Source: Thermoanaerobaculia bacterium (lineage in GTDB: Bacteria; Acidobacteriota; Thermoanaerobaculia; Gp7-AA8). From it: DNA of 56,319 nt. The stretch covers positions 1 to 56,319 of the forward strand of contig DATEOX010000532.1 of assembly GCA_035273585.1 (NCBI GenBank). The letters are read 5' to 3'. The number at the start of each line of letters is the position of its first letter. Position 1 is the stretch's first letter. Of this stretch, positions 1 through 9,151 are shown piece after piece. Below the pieces are notes generated by a model. The model did no database searches and had not been told where the DNA came from. It saw only the letters and a list, made by a program, of their open reading frames with translations. Made by a program: the position numbers and the translations under genes.

Positions 1-140
1 GCCGGTGTGATGCCGGCGCGGCCCCCGCCACTGTAACAGGAGACGACTCGCGTTATGGCGCATCGTGCGCCCCCCACTGCCTCGAGCGGGAAGGGAACGC
101 GGGAAGGATGACCCGGAAGCCAGGAGACCGACCGATCGAA
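1..140 (+). promoter_or_regulatory. Cobalamin (B12) riboswitch, 5' part cut by window edge
   Basis: GCGGCCCCCGCCACTGTAA core (18-36) and B12-box-like AGCCAGGAGACCGACC (118-133) upstream of a BtuB-sized TonB receptor. SD GGAGGGA at 161-167 precedes the ATG at 175. Confidence 0.7.
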
Positions 141-174
141 GCCAACTCACTGCACGCTTCGGAGGGAAGCCGTC

Positions 175-1998
175 ATGAAATCCATCGTCCTCGCTATATC
201 TCTTCTGTTCACTGTTTCGATCTGCGCTCAAGTCAACGACGAGATCGTCGTCACGGCCTCGGCCCTTCCTGAAAAAGTCGAGTCGACGCCGGCCGCGGTC
301 ACCGTCATCACCAAGCAAGACATCGAGGAGCGCGCCGCGCGCGACCTCGGCGAGGTGTTGCGCGAGGTGCCGGGCATCACCGTCGCCCGCAGCGGCTCGG
401 CGGGCAAACAAACGTCGCTTTTTACCCGTGGCGCGGCATCTGTGCAGACGCTCGTGCTCTGGAACGGCGTGAAGATCAACAACCCGTATTTCGCCGGCTA
501 CGACTGGGGGCGTTTCTCGACCGCCGGCGTAGAGCGGGTGGAGGTCGTGCGCGGACCGTTCTCCGCGCTGTACGGCTCGGAGGCGACCGCGGGCGTGATC
601 AACGTCCTGACCACGCCCACCGCGAGCGGCTTGCGCGCCGAGGTGCAGGGCGGAGGGCATGGGCTGCGCAACGCGCTCGTGAACGGGACGTGGGTCGGCG
701 CGGGCGCACAGCTCGGCGGCACGTACGAGCACCGCGAGGACGACGGCTTCGCCGCGAACGACGACTTCCGCGAGAACACCGCGACGGCCACCGCGCGCTG
801 GTCCGCCACGAAGACGCTGATCCTCGGCGTCGACGCGCGCCACTCCACCTTCGACCTCGGCATCCCGTTCAACAACGACGCGACCGGCACGCTGATCGTG
901 CCGAGCCCCGACCGCCGCCAGGACGGCCACGAGACCGTCGTCGCGCTTCCCGTCGCGCTGACGTTGGGCCGCTTCGCGAACGAGCTGACGATCTCCGATG
1001 CGCGCCGCAAGGAGCACTTCGTCGATCCGCAGGATCCGTTCGGCCTCACCGAGACCGACACGGATTCGAAGACGCGTCACGCCCGCCTGGCGACGCATTT
1101 CGCATCGCCGGTCGGTACGCTCATCGCGGGGGCGGAGTGGGAGCGGGCCACGGTGGATGACGTGTCGAACTTCGGCCCGAACTTCACCGATCAGACGCGC
1201 ACCGCCCGCTCGCTCTTCGTCTCCGACCGCTGGTCGCGCGCCACCGGTGCCGCGTCGCGCCTCGAGGTGAGCGCCGGCGTCCGCTACGACCGCTACAACG
1301 CCTTCGGCTCGCAGACCTCCCCCCGCCTCGCCGCGGGCTGGATCTTCGGCCGCAAAAAGCTCCGCGCCGCCTATGGCCACGGCTTCCGCGCCCCCTCCCT
1401 CGGCGAGCTGTACTACCCGTTCTTCGGCAATCCCGACCTCACCGCCGAGCGCAGCCGGAGCTACGAGCTGGGGTGGGACGCGATGGTCGGCAGCGACGGC
1501 CTCTTCTCCGTCACCTACTTCAACGGCCGCTACAAGCAGCTCATCACCTTCGACCCGCTCACGTTCATCTCCCAGAACATCGGCCGGGTGAAGACGGACG
1601 GCCTCGAGCTCGGCCTGGAGACGCCGCTCCGGCATAACCTCTACACGACCGCCAGCTACACGTATCTCCATCGCGCCGACAACGAAGCCACCGGCGAGCG
1701 CCTCACACGCCGCCCGAAGCACAGCGGCTCGCTTGCGCTCGGCTATCGCGCCGGCGCCATCGACGGCAACGTGGTCGTGATCCGCAGCGGCGAGCGCGCC
1801 GACACGCTGCCCGTCGCGCCGTTCGCGCGGGCCATCAACGCCGGCTATACGACGGTGGACGCGACGCTGCAGTACCGCATGGACAAGCTCGCGCCGTTCG
1901 TGAAGATCGAGAACCTGACAGACGAGCAGTACGAGGAGGTGCTGGGGTTCGCCTCGCCGGGGCGGCGGGCGATCCTCGGATTGCGCGTCGGGCTCTAA
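175..1998 (+). CDS. btuB: TonB-dependent outer-membrane receptor, BtuB-like (vitamin B12 transporter)
   Basis: Signal peptide, TonB-box/plug motifs (DEIVVTAS, GPFSALYGSEATAGVINVLT), C-terminal beta-barrel ending in an aromatic-rich strand, 607 aa, preceded by a B12 riboswitch. Confidence 0.85.
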   Translation: MKSIVLAISLLFTVSICAQVNDEIVVTASALPEKVESTPAAVTVITKQDIEERAARDLGEVLREVPGITVARSGSAGKQTSLFTRGAASVQTLVLWNGVKINNPYFAGYDWGRFSTAGVERVEVVRGPFSALYGSEATAGVINVLTTPTASGLRAEVQGGGHGLRNALVNGTWVGAGAQLGGTYEHREDDGFAANDDFRENTATATARWSATKTLILGVDARHSTFDLGIPFNNDATGTLIVPSPDRRQDGHETVVALPVALTLGRFANELTISDARRKEHFVDPQDPFGLTETDTDSKTRHARLATHFASPVGTLIAGAEWERATVDDVSNFGPNFTDQTRTARSLFVSDRWSRATGAASRLEVSAGVRYDRYNAFGSQTSPRLAAGWIFGRKKLRAAYGHGFRAPSLGELYYPFFGNPDLTAERSRSYELGWDAMVGSDGLFSVTYFNGRYKQLITFDPLTFISQNIGRVKTDGLELGLETPLRHNLYTTASYTYLHRADNEATGERLTRRPKHSGSLALGYRAGAIDGNVVVIRSGERADTLPVAPFARAINAGYTTVDATLQYRMDKLAPFVKIENLTDEQYEEVLGFASPGRRAILGLRVGL

Positions 1999-2984
1999 CG
2001 CTTCTCCGGCACGAACGTGGCGTGATGCAGATAGTTGTTCGTCAGCGTCGTGACCATCGCCGTGAACGACACGATGTACTGCAGCTCGTCGCCGCCGACG
2101 CGCAGGTCGAGCTCCTCGACGCGGCGGAGCAGGTGATCGACCAGTGACCGGACGACGCCCGGCTGGACGCCGGTCCAGTACGAAGCCTCATCGATGAAGT
2201 GCAGGCGGTGCCGCCGGAGGAGCGGCGCCGCCGGCGGGCCGTCGTCATCGAAGAGCTGGCGCAGGTCGCCGTCGAACCACGTCGGCGGGATCTCCACGCG
2301 CGGCTCGCGACGGCGGTCGTAGTAGTCGCCGACCGTGTACGTCATCTCCTCGACGGGCATGTCGCGCCGCGACGGCTTCACCTTTGGCGCCTCGCCGCCG
2401 AGCGCGCGCAGCACGTGGTCGACGTACTCGAGCTTGCGCAGCGCGCCGGTGCCGGCGTAGCGCGTGCGCCAGTCGCTGCGCGGCGTGAGCCAGACGGCGA
2501 ACGTCTCGGCGAAGTCCTCGTCGGGATGCTTCTGCGCGTACCAGCCGGCGATGTGCCGCACGTAATCGCGCGAGAACGGGTTCGGCTGGTAGTTCTCGAT
2601 GTACGGCCGCGAGTAGGGGCCGAACACGCGGTGCCACTCCTCCGTCTCGTACAGCACGTACGCGTAATTGAAGGCGTGGCCGGCCTCGTGGCGGAGGTAC
2701 ATCATCGACTCCTCCGCGGTCTCCAGGTTCTCGGCGATCTCCCGCTCGATCTGCGCCAGCTTGGAGCTGGCCAGGTAGAACGGCACGCCGATCACCGGCA
2801 CCCCTTCCGGGCAGCCCCACTCATCGGTCAGGTAGATGGGGGGCTTGAATTGCAGGCCGGCCTCGTCCAGCTCGCCGTAGAGCTGCTGGATCATCGGTTC
2901 CAGCTCGCTGCCCTCGATGCGCAGGCCGAGGTCGCTGATGCGCTTGTGCAGCAGCAGCTCGCGCTCCTCGTGCCATCCGCTCAT
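1995..2984 (-). CDS. Putative zinc metallopeptidase (HExxH)
   Basis: HEAGHAF motif. 4-nt overlap with the upstream ATP-grasp gene (2981-2984) suggests translational coupling. Confidence 0.65.
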   Translation of the reverse strand: MSGWHEERELLLHKRISDLGLRIEGSELEPMIQQLYGELDEAGLQFKPPIYLTDEWGCPEGVPVIGVPFYLASSKLAQIEREIAENLETAEESMMYLRHEAGHAFNYAYVLYETEEWHRVFGPYSRPYIENYQPNPFSRDYVRHIAGWYAQKHPDEDFAETFAVWLTPRSDWRTRYAGTGALRKLEYVDHVLRALGGEAPKVKPSRRDMPVEEMTYTVGDYYDRRREPRVEIPPTWFDGDLRQLFDDDGPPAAPLLRRHRLHFIDEASYWTGVQPGVVRSLVDHLLRRVEELDLRVGGDELQYIVSFTAMVTTLTNNYLHHATFVPEKR

Positions 2985-4024
2985 GTCTTCGTGCCTCGCA
3001 TGCTGCGGGCCATGGCCAGCTCCACGATGCGCTCGATGAGGTCGCCGTACGTCAGCTCCGGCTTGCGCCGCCGCGAGGCCATGGCGAATTCCGCGCGGTG
3101 GTCGAGCCAGGGGTTCGGATTGACCTCGATGACGAACGGCGTGCCGTCAGGCGCGAGGCGCATGTCGATGCGCGCGTAGTCGCGGATGAGCATCGCACTC
3201 CCGGCCGCGATCGCCGTTTCCTGGATGCGCCTCAGCAGCTCCGCGTCGCCCATCACATCCTCGGGCACGAACTGCTTCGCCTCCTTGAAGTCGTTTTCCC
3301 ACTTCGCCTCGGTGCCGGCGATGCGCGGCAGGTCGGCGGGCAGCTTGGAGAGGTCCCACTCGATGGGCGGCAGTGCCTCCAGCGGGTTGCCCAGCAGACC
3401 AACGTAGATCTCCCGCCCCTCGATGTACTGCTCGACGAGCGCCGGCGTGTGGAACTCGGAGTGGATGGCGAAGACGCGCTCCATCAGCTCGTCGATGCTG
3501 TTCACGATGGAGCGCGCGTTGATGCCGATGGAGGCGTCGGTGGCGATCGGCTTCACGATCAGCGGGAAGGTGTTGAGCGTCGACTTCGCCTCCACCCTTC
3601 CCGGCCCGATGATGGCGAACTCCGGCGAGCTGACGCGGTGGAAGTCGAACAGTTTCTTCGATAGCGACTTGTCGCCCGCCAGGGTGAGCGCCAGCGACGC
3701 CGAGCCGGTGAACCGCTTGTCCAGCAGTTCCAGCACGGCCGCGATCCGCCGCTCCTCGCCGCCGTCGCCGCCGAGGGACTCGCAGACGTTGAAGATGAGA
3801 TCGGAGTTGTCATCCTCGATGAGCCGCACCAGTTTCTTGATCGGCGACTGCGCGGCGAGCAGCTTCACCTCGTAGCCGCGCTTGGTCAGGACGTCGCCGA
3901 CCTGCGTCGAAACGAGCGCCGGGAACTTCTCCTTCTTCGCCAGCGCCTCCTCGCGCACGCGGTCTTCCTCCGCGTCGTACAGGACGGTGATGGTGGGCTT
4001 CTTGTCGGGTTTCGCGTTCGCCAC
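2981..4024 (-). CDS. D-alanine--D-alanine ligase family ATP-grasp enzyme
   Basis: Ddl-like layout: FPLIVKP...SIGI, VEQYIEGREIYVG, RIDMRL...FVIEVNPNP. Confidence 0.8.
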   Translation of the reverse strand: MANAKPDKKPTITVLYDAEEDRVREEALAKKEKFPALVSTQVGDVLTKRGYEVKLLAAQSPIKKLVRLIEDDNSDLIFNVCESLGGDGGEERRIAAVLELLDKRFTGSASLALTLAGDKSLSKKLFDFHRVSSPEFAIIGPGRVEAKSTLNTFPLIVKPIATDASIGINARSIVNSIDELMERVFAIHSEFHTPALVEQYIEGREIYVGLLGNPLEALPPIEWDLSKLPADLPRIAGTEAKWENDFKEAKQFVPEDVMGDAELLRRIQETAIAAGSAMLIRDYARIDMRLAPDGTPFVIEVNPNPWLDHRAEFAMASRRRKPELTYGDLIERIVELAMARSMRGTKT

Positions 4025-4055
4025 GCACCGGGGTGGTGAAAAGAGGATGCCAGCT

Positions 4056-5357
4056 TCAGCCGTGCAGCGCCGCAGCCGGCTGCAGATCCCTCACCGTTTG
4101 CAGCGCGAGCGCAGCCTGCCGGTCGCGCTTCTCGATCTTTTTCGCGCGCCCGATCTTGTCCTCGATCAGCCCCCACGTCACGTTCGACGGCTGGTAGCGG
4201 TCGGGCGATGACTCGGCCACGTGGCGGCCGAGAGCGCCCAGCGCCGTGTGGTACGGCAGCGGCGCGGGATCGTCGATGTAGCGCGCCACGAGGAGGCCGA
4301 CCGCGGCCGACTCGACGTAGCCTTCCACGCCGGTGATCTGGCCGGCGAAGAAGACGCACTCGTCGCGCTTGGCGCGGAAGGTCGGCATCAGGTGCCGCGG
4401 GCCGTTGATGAACGTGTTGCGGTGCATGGAGCCGAAGCGGGCGAAGGTCGCGTTCTCCAGGCCGGGGATCATCCGGATGACCCGCTGCTGGGCGCCGACC
4501 TTCATCTTCGTCTGGAAGCCGACGAGGTTGAAGTATTCGTCGGAGAGGTCTTCCTTGCGCAACTGCACCACGGCGTGCGGACGCTCGCCGGTCACCGGAT
4601 GCTCCAGGCCGACCGGCTTCATGGGGCCGAAGCGGAGCGTGTCGATGCCGCGGCTGGCAATCTCTTCGACCGGCAGGCAGCCTTCGAAGTGCACCGCCTC
4701 CTCGAAGTCGTGCAGCGGGTAGAGCTCGGCGGCGAGCAGCGCGGCGACGAACGCCTCGTACTCGCTCTGCGTCATCGCCGCGTTGAGGTAGTCGGTGCCG
4801 CTCCCCTTGCCGTAGCGCGACTTCCAGTAGAGCTTCGACATGTCCAGCGAGTCGGCGGCCACGATCGGCGCGATGGCGTCGTAGAAATACAAACCGTCGC
4901 GCCCGAGGAAGTCGTTGATCGCATCGAAGAGCGGCTGCGAGGTGAGCGGGCCGGTGGCCACCACGAGGTAGTCGTATCCGTCGCGGTCGAGTGACGTCAC
5001 CTCTTCGCGATGCAGGGTGATGTTGGCCTCATGGGCGATGGCGGACGTCACCGCGGCCGCGAAGCGCTCCCGATCGACGGCGAACGCATCGCCGGCCGGC
5101 ACGCGCGCGGCCTCGCCGCAGCGGATGACCATCGAGCCGAGGAGGGCCATCTCCTGCTTGAGCAGGCCGACGGCATTGGCGGTCGCGGACGACCGGAACG
5201 AGTTCGAGCAGACCAGCTCCGCCAGGTCGGAGGACTGATGGGCGGGCGTGGTCTTCACCGGCCGCATCTCGAAGAGGTCGACCACGTGCCCCGCGCGCGC
5301 GAGCTGGAACGCGCATTCCGAGCCGGCCAGGCCGGCGCCGATCACCTTGACGCGCAT
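4056..5357 (-). CDS. trmFO: Methylenetetrahydrofolate--tRNA-(uracil-5-)-methyltransferase TrmFO
   Basis: N-terminal FAD fold VIGAGLAGSECA, LVCSNSFR motif, full-length 433 aa typical of TrmFO. Confidence 0.9.
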   Translation of the reverse strand: MRVKVIGAGLAGSECAFQLARAGHVVDLFEMRPVKTTPAHQSSDLAELVCSNSFRSSATANAVGLLKQEMALLGSMVIRCGEAARVPAGDAFAVDRERFAAAVTSAIAHEANITLHREEVTSLDRDGYDYLVVATGPLTSQPLFDAINDFLGRDGLYFYDAIAPIVAADSLDMSKLYWKSRYGKGSGTDYLNAAMTQSEYEAFVAALLAAELYPLHDFEEAVHFEGCLPVEEIASRGIDTLRFGPMKPVGLEHPVTGERPHAVVQLRKEDLSDEYFNLVGFQTKMKVGAQQRVIRMIPGLENATFARFGSMHRNTFINGPRHLMPTFRAKRDECVFFAGQITGVEGYVESAAVGLLVARYIDDPAPLPYHTALGALGRHVAESSPDRYQPSNVTWGLIEDKIGRAKKIEKRDRQAALALQTVRDLQPAAALHG

Positions 5358-5657
5358 TTAGTTCGACGGCTCGTCGATGGCGTATTGCGGCAGCCCTTCC
5401 ATCCGGATCTCGCCGAACTTCTGCTCGAAGAGGGCGATGTTCTGCGCCAGCGCCTGCACGAGCTGCTTGGCGTGCAGCGGCGTGGTGATCACCCGGCTGA
5501 AGATCTTCACGTCCGTCTTGCCCGGCATCACCCGCCCCAGATCGATGATGAACTCGCTGGGCGAGTGGATGATGTTGGCGAAGTTGACGTACTCCCCCTG
5601 CGCGACGGCGTCATCGAGAAGGATGCGGATGGTCTGCTGCGGCTGCTGCTCGTCCAT
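5358..5657 (-). CDS. DUF3467-like small protein
   Basis: YVNFANIIHSPSEFIIDLG core. Start moved to the internal MDEQQ to avoid overlapping the divergent gene. Confidence 0.55.
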   Translation of the reverse strand: MDEQQPQQTIRILLDDAVAQGEYVNFANIIHSPSEFIIDLGRVMPGKTDVKIFSRVITTPLHAKQLVQALAQNIALFEQKFGEIRMEGLPQYAIDEPSN

Positions 5658-5713
5658 GGCGCCCCATACAGGCTGCGGCGCACGCGTATTCCATGGCGTG
5701 TCATCATGCGCCG

Positions 5714-6697
5714 ATGGCACGGCGCTGCGCTTTTACGCTGCTTCTCATCCTCGCGCTTCCGCTCTCCGCCGCGACGACGCCGCGCAACTGGGACCAGTGC
5801 CCCGCCGTCTTCGCCTCCCAGACGAACGAGGCCGTCTACGCCCTCGGCGACACGCACGGCGACTACGACCGCCTCGTGAGACTGCTCGTCGCCGGCAAGC
5901 TCCTCGCCGCGCCGCCCGCCTCGCCCGCACAGACGACATGGAGCGGCGGCCGCGCGACGCTCGTCGTCACCGGCGACATGATCGACAAGTGGGACCACTC
6001 GCTCGACGTGATCGCCCTGATGCGGGCGCTCATCGCCTCCGCCGCAGCGCAGGGTGGCCGCGTCGCGATCTCGGCCGGCAACCACGAGGCGGAGTTCCTG
6101 GCCGATCCGACCGGCACGAAGACGGCGGAGTTCCAGAAAGAGCTGACGGCGGCGGGCATCAGCCCACGAGACGTGGCCGATGGCAAAGACAGCGCCGGCA
6201 TCGGACAGTTCCTCCTCTGCCTCCCGTTCGCCTCACGCGTGAACGGCTGGTTCTTCGCCCACGCCGGCAGCACGAAAGGCCGGACGTTCCTCCAGCTCAT
6301 CGCCGACCTCCAGTCCGGCGTCGACAAGGACGGCTACCGCGCGAAGGTCCTCCTCGGCGACCAAGGCCTCCTCGAGGCGCGCATGAAGCCGCCCTGGTGG
6401 CAAAAGGAAGGCGACAAGCCGATCGACAGCGTCGCCCGCCTCCTCGGTTACGCCGACGCCCTCGGCGTGCAGCACATCGTCTTCGGCCACCAGCCCGGCA
6501 CCTACGAGTTCAACGACGGCTCGCAGCGCAAGAAGGGAACGATGTTCGCGAACTTCAACGGCCTTGTCTTCCTCATCGACATGGGCATGAGCCGCGGCGT
6601 CGACTACAGCAAGGGCGCGCTGCTGCGCATCGAGAGCGGGACCGCGACGGCGCTGTTCCCGGACGGGACGCAGAAGCAGTTGTGGCCCGGGATCTGA
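5714..6697 (+). CDS. Secreted calcineurin-like metallophosphoesterase
   Basis: Signal peptide MARRCAFTLLLILALPLSA. Motifs GDTHGDYDRL, GDMIDKWDHS, GNHE. Confidence 0.8.
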   Translation: MARRCAFTLLLILALPLSAATTPRNWDQCPAVFASQTNEAVYALGDTHGDYDRLVRLLVAGKLLAAPPASPAQTTWSGGRATLVVTGDMIDKWDHSLDVIALMRALIASAAAQGGRVAISAGNHEAEFLADPTGTKTAEFQKELTAAGISPRDVADGKDSAGIGQFLLCLPFASRVNGWFFAHAGSTKGRTFLQLIADLQSGVDKDGYRAKVLLGDQGLLEARMKPPWWQKEGDKPIDSVARLLGYADALGVQHIVFGHQPGTYEFNDGSQRKKGTMFANFNGLVFLIDMGMSRGVDYSKGALLRIESGTATALFPDGTQKQLWPGI

Positions 6698-6721
6698 GCA
6701 GGGGGTGGGGAGGAGGGCGAT

Positions 6722-6901
6722 TTGGTCGGGCAGGGGGGATTTGAACCCCCGACCACCTGAACCCGATGAAGCCCCATGTCGAGATATCATGGGACCTCCT
6801 TTGTCCAAGCGCTTACTATACCAGCATTTACGATAGCGCGTATCTCAAGACGTCTCGGGATACAGGGCGAAAAAAAGGTCACAAGTCGCGTACTAGGCGC
6901 G
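6722..6901 (-). repeat. 180-bp direct repeat copy 1 with tRNA-3'-half-like end (T-arm + acceptor 3' strand + ACCA)
   Basis: Minus-strand sense ends ...GGTCGGGGGTTCAAATCCCCCCTGCCCGACCA (T-arm at 6734-6750). 86/88 identical to 15005-15092, then conserved blocks out to 6901. Confidence 0.8.
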
Positions 6902-7074
6902 GGTTTTTTCATAAACGAAAAATGACCTGATCATCGACCGAGCCGAGCATCGAGACAGATGAGGACTGTTTGGCGTCGTCGGCGGGGAGCGTGAGTCTCT
7001 CCGTCCTGCATGGGTAATTTCACGACGCCTACCGTGGGGACGTCGTCGCCGTGGGCGTACGACGTCGCGCTCTG

Positions 7075-7719
7075 CTACACCCGCAAGATGACCGCATCGA
7101 TAGCTGTCGCGTTCAAGATGATGGCGAACACGATCACGAGGACATTCGTGATGACGACGGCGGCTGCCACACCGATCACAATCGAGCGAATCGTCGTTGA
7201 TGCAGTCGCCCGTTGCGCGGCGGAGCCGATGAACGCGGCCGCGACAGCGACGAACACGGCTCCTAGGGCGCCCAGCAGCACGTCATCGCGGGCAGATAGA
7301 AAAACCCGTGCGCGGGCTACGACGCCATGCGCTCTCCGGAGGGAGAAGTGACGCACGATGCAGCAGCAGCGGCGGCAGCGCCACCGTCGACAGAGAAGGC
7401 CGTAAGTGGTGGCGGCTGGCACGTCGTTCTCCATTCGGCGAAAGGGCGCGAGGTGGAAGAAACGGTGGCCGAACATCAAAGTACGCGGTGAGAAGCGTTG
7501 TGAAGCGGACAATCCTGATGCTGTCGCTCGCGTCGGCGCCGCTAACAGTGCAATGCCAACGACGAAGGTAATCAGCGACAGCATCGCGACGAGAACGAGA
7601 TCGAACTGCCGCTTCACGTCGCGGAGGGTGCTTCGAGTTTGACGAATCTCGCCGTGCCGTCCTGAGCAAAGAGGAGGACGTCGTCCGCTCGCGCTTCCGC
7701 GGCGGTGAGCGTGGTCCAT
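7075..7719 (-). CDS. Hypothetical membrane protein
   Basis: High GC3 in this frame and predicted TM helices (LVLVAMLSLITFVVGIALLAA; IVIGVAAAVVITNVLVIVFAIIL). Start uncertain. Confidence 0.35.
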   Translation of the reverse strand: MDHAHRRGSASGRRPPLCSGRHGEIRQTRSTLRDVKRQFDLVLVAMLSLITFVVGIALLAAPTRATASGLSASQRFSPRTLMFGHRFFHLAPFRRMENDVPAATTYGLLCRRWRCRRCCCIVRHFSLRRAHGVVARARVFLSARDDVLLGALGAVFVAVAAAFIGSAAQRATASTTIRSIVIGVAAAVVITNVLVIVFAIILNATAIDAVILRV

Positions 7720-8140
7720 CGATAAGACTCGTAGGTCGCGCGCGCACGATCATGGTCTCCTTCGCCACCGGTTCGGAGACTCCCGCGCGGTGCGCGGGCC
7801 ATCGACGATAATCGCAATCACTCCCCCAAAACGGCTGTGCTCTCGCCGTTCTGAACGATGTACATCCCTCCGCACACGAGCTCGTTCGTGCGCACGAGGT
7901 AGGCGGAAAAACGACGCATCCGAGACAGACAGCCCCACGATCCCGGCGAAGAACTTCCAGCTCAGTGGATCGGCGAGCTTCCGCCGCACCGACGCGCAGC
8001 TCGCCGAAGCGGTGCAGGCGCTGATGGCGAAGCTTCCGGCGGAGCGAGGCGACGTGCGATGCTTTGAGGCCCGCGCAAGGCCGGCGATTTCCAATGCCTC
8101 CGGCGCGGCGGTCAGCAGCGCTTGTTGCGAGCGAGAGGCC

Positions 8141-8159
8141 GATAACTGGAAATTATCAG
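8141..8159 (+). promoter_or_regulatory. 19-bp palindromic motif GATAACTGGAAATTATCAG, 8 nt upstream of the ATP-grasp ATG
   Basis: Identical 19/19 to the reverse complement of 11580-11598. GATAA-N7-TTATC inverted repeat. Confidence 0.7.
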
Positions 8160-8167
8160 GGCCACCT

Positions 8168-9151
8168 ATGCAGCGAATACCCGCCATCGTGTTGCTCGCC
8201 GACCGTGTATCGAACCACTCCGCGGCGTCGCTCAGCAGCGCGGATCTCGAGTTCGCGGATGATGAATACTTCGGCGACCTGCTCTCCGGCCTGCAGCAGA
8301 TTGCGCCGTCCGTGACGCATCACGACGATATCGTCGGCTTCATCGATCGGATCGAGCAGCACCGCGATCACCTGGTCATATCGACGTGGTCGGGCGAACG
8401 TTCCAGAAATCGGCGCGCCCTCGTTCCCTCCGTCTGCGAGGCGTATGGCGTGGCTTACGTCGGTGCCGACGCGTATACAAGCGCGGTGTGTCAGGACAAA
8501 CATCTGTCGAAGCGGCTCTGTGCCGATTTCGGGCTCGCCACCCCGGCAGGCGTCCTCATTCGCGGCGACGCCGATATGGACTTGCTCGACGCGATCCGTT
8601 ACCCGGCTGTTGTGAAGCCGAACCATCAGGGGGGATCGATCGGGATCGGCGCCGACTGCCTCGTGGCTTCGACCGGCGCGGCGGCGGGTACCGTGCGCCG
8701 ATTGCTCACGGCGTTCGGCCCTCCCGTGATCGTGGAGGAGTTCATTCGAGGCCGGGAGGTGTCGGTCGTATTCGCCGGTAGCCGTAAAGGTGTCGCCGTG
8801 GCGGAGGCGGTCGAGATCACGCTGAGCGGTTCGGGGCCGGCGCTCGCCGACACGATCTGGAGTTTCGAGATGAAGAAACAGTACTCGCGAAGCGCTGCGT
8901 ATGCGTCAGCCGCCCACCTCATCGACGCCGTCGACATGGAGCGCTGTACGCGTCTCTTTCACGCCTTGCAGAAATGCGAGTATCTCCGCATCGACGGCCG
9001 CGTTCGCGACAGCGGCTTCACGATCATCGAGCTCAGCCCTGACGCCTACCTCGGCAGCGACGGTGCAGTCGCCGCTGCATTTCAGCAGCGCGGTGCCGGA
9101 TACGCCGAAATGCTCATCACACTGGTTCGGTGCGCGTATGAAAATCGCTGA
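8168..9151 (+). CDS. Ddl-like ATP-grasp ligase
   Basis: YPAVVKPNHQGGSIGI, VIVEEFIRGREVSVV, RIDGRV...IIELSPDA. Start set at MQRIPAIV because the shared upstream motif lies inside the longer ORF. Confidence 0.75.
   Translation: MQRIPAIVLLADRVSNHSAASLSSADLEFADDEYFGDLLSGLQQIAPSVTHHDDIVGFIDRIEQHRDHLVISTWSGERSRNRRALVPSVCEAYGVAYVGADAYTSAVCQDKHLSKRLCADFGLATPAGVLIRGDADMDLLDAIRYPAVVKPNHQGGSIGIGADCLVASTGAAAGTVRRLLTAFGPPVIVEEFIRGREVSVVFAGSRKGVAVAEAVEITLSGSGPALADTIWSFEMKKQYSRSAAYASAAHLIDAVDMERCTRLFHALQKCEYLRIDGRVRDSGFTIIELSPDAYLGSDGAVAAAFQQRGAGYAEMLITLVRCAYENR

Noticed and set aside
2199-6744. Long alternative-frame and antisense ORFs over core genes (2199-3179, 3098-3664, 4221-4994, 5010-5879, 5377-6744 and others)
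   Set aside because: These are typical high-GC shadow ORFs. Their translations are Arg/Ala/Gly/Pro low-complexity with no motifs. Each overlaps a gene with clear family signatures.
6733-6808. Small peptide ORF with a strong SD (AAAGGAGG-N4-ATG) inside both repeat copies (MISRHGASSGSGG... / MTSRHGASWGSGG...)
   Set aside because: Both nucleotide differences between the copies are non-synonymous. The reading frames diverge completely after the repeat ends: 26 aa in copy 2 versus read-through antisense to the phosphoesterase gene in copy 1. The conservation boundary coincides with the RNA-like CCA end.
6722-6809. Calling the T-arm/ACCA-containing 88-nt block (and its twin at 15005-15092) a tRNA gene, possibly class II or tRNA-Sec because of a CTTCAT loop-like string
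   Set aside because: No 5' acceptor strand complementary to CTGCCCG exists upstream, even allowing G-U pairs. No D arm or 5-bp anticodon stem can be drawn. The UCA-containing string has no flanking complementary stem. It is reported as a tRNA-like repeat instead.
7790-8167. N-terminal 126-aa extension of the ATP-grasp ORF
   Set aside because: The extension is Arg/Ser/Ala-rich with no motif. It would translate through the 19-bp motif that sits upstream of the ATG of the STAND gene in the same relative position. The ATG at 8168 begins the conserved Ddl-like fold.
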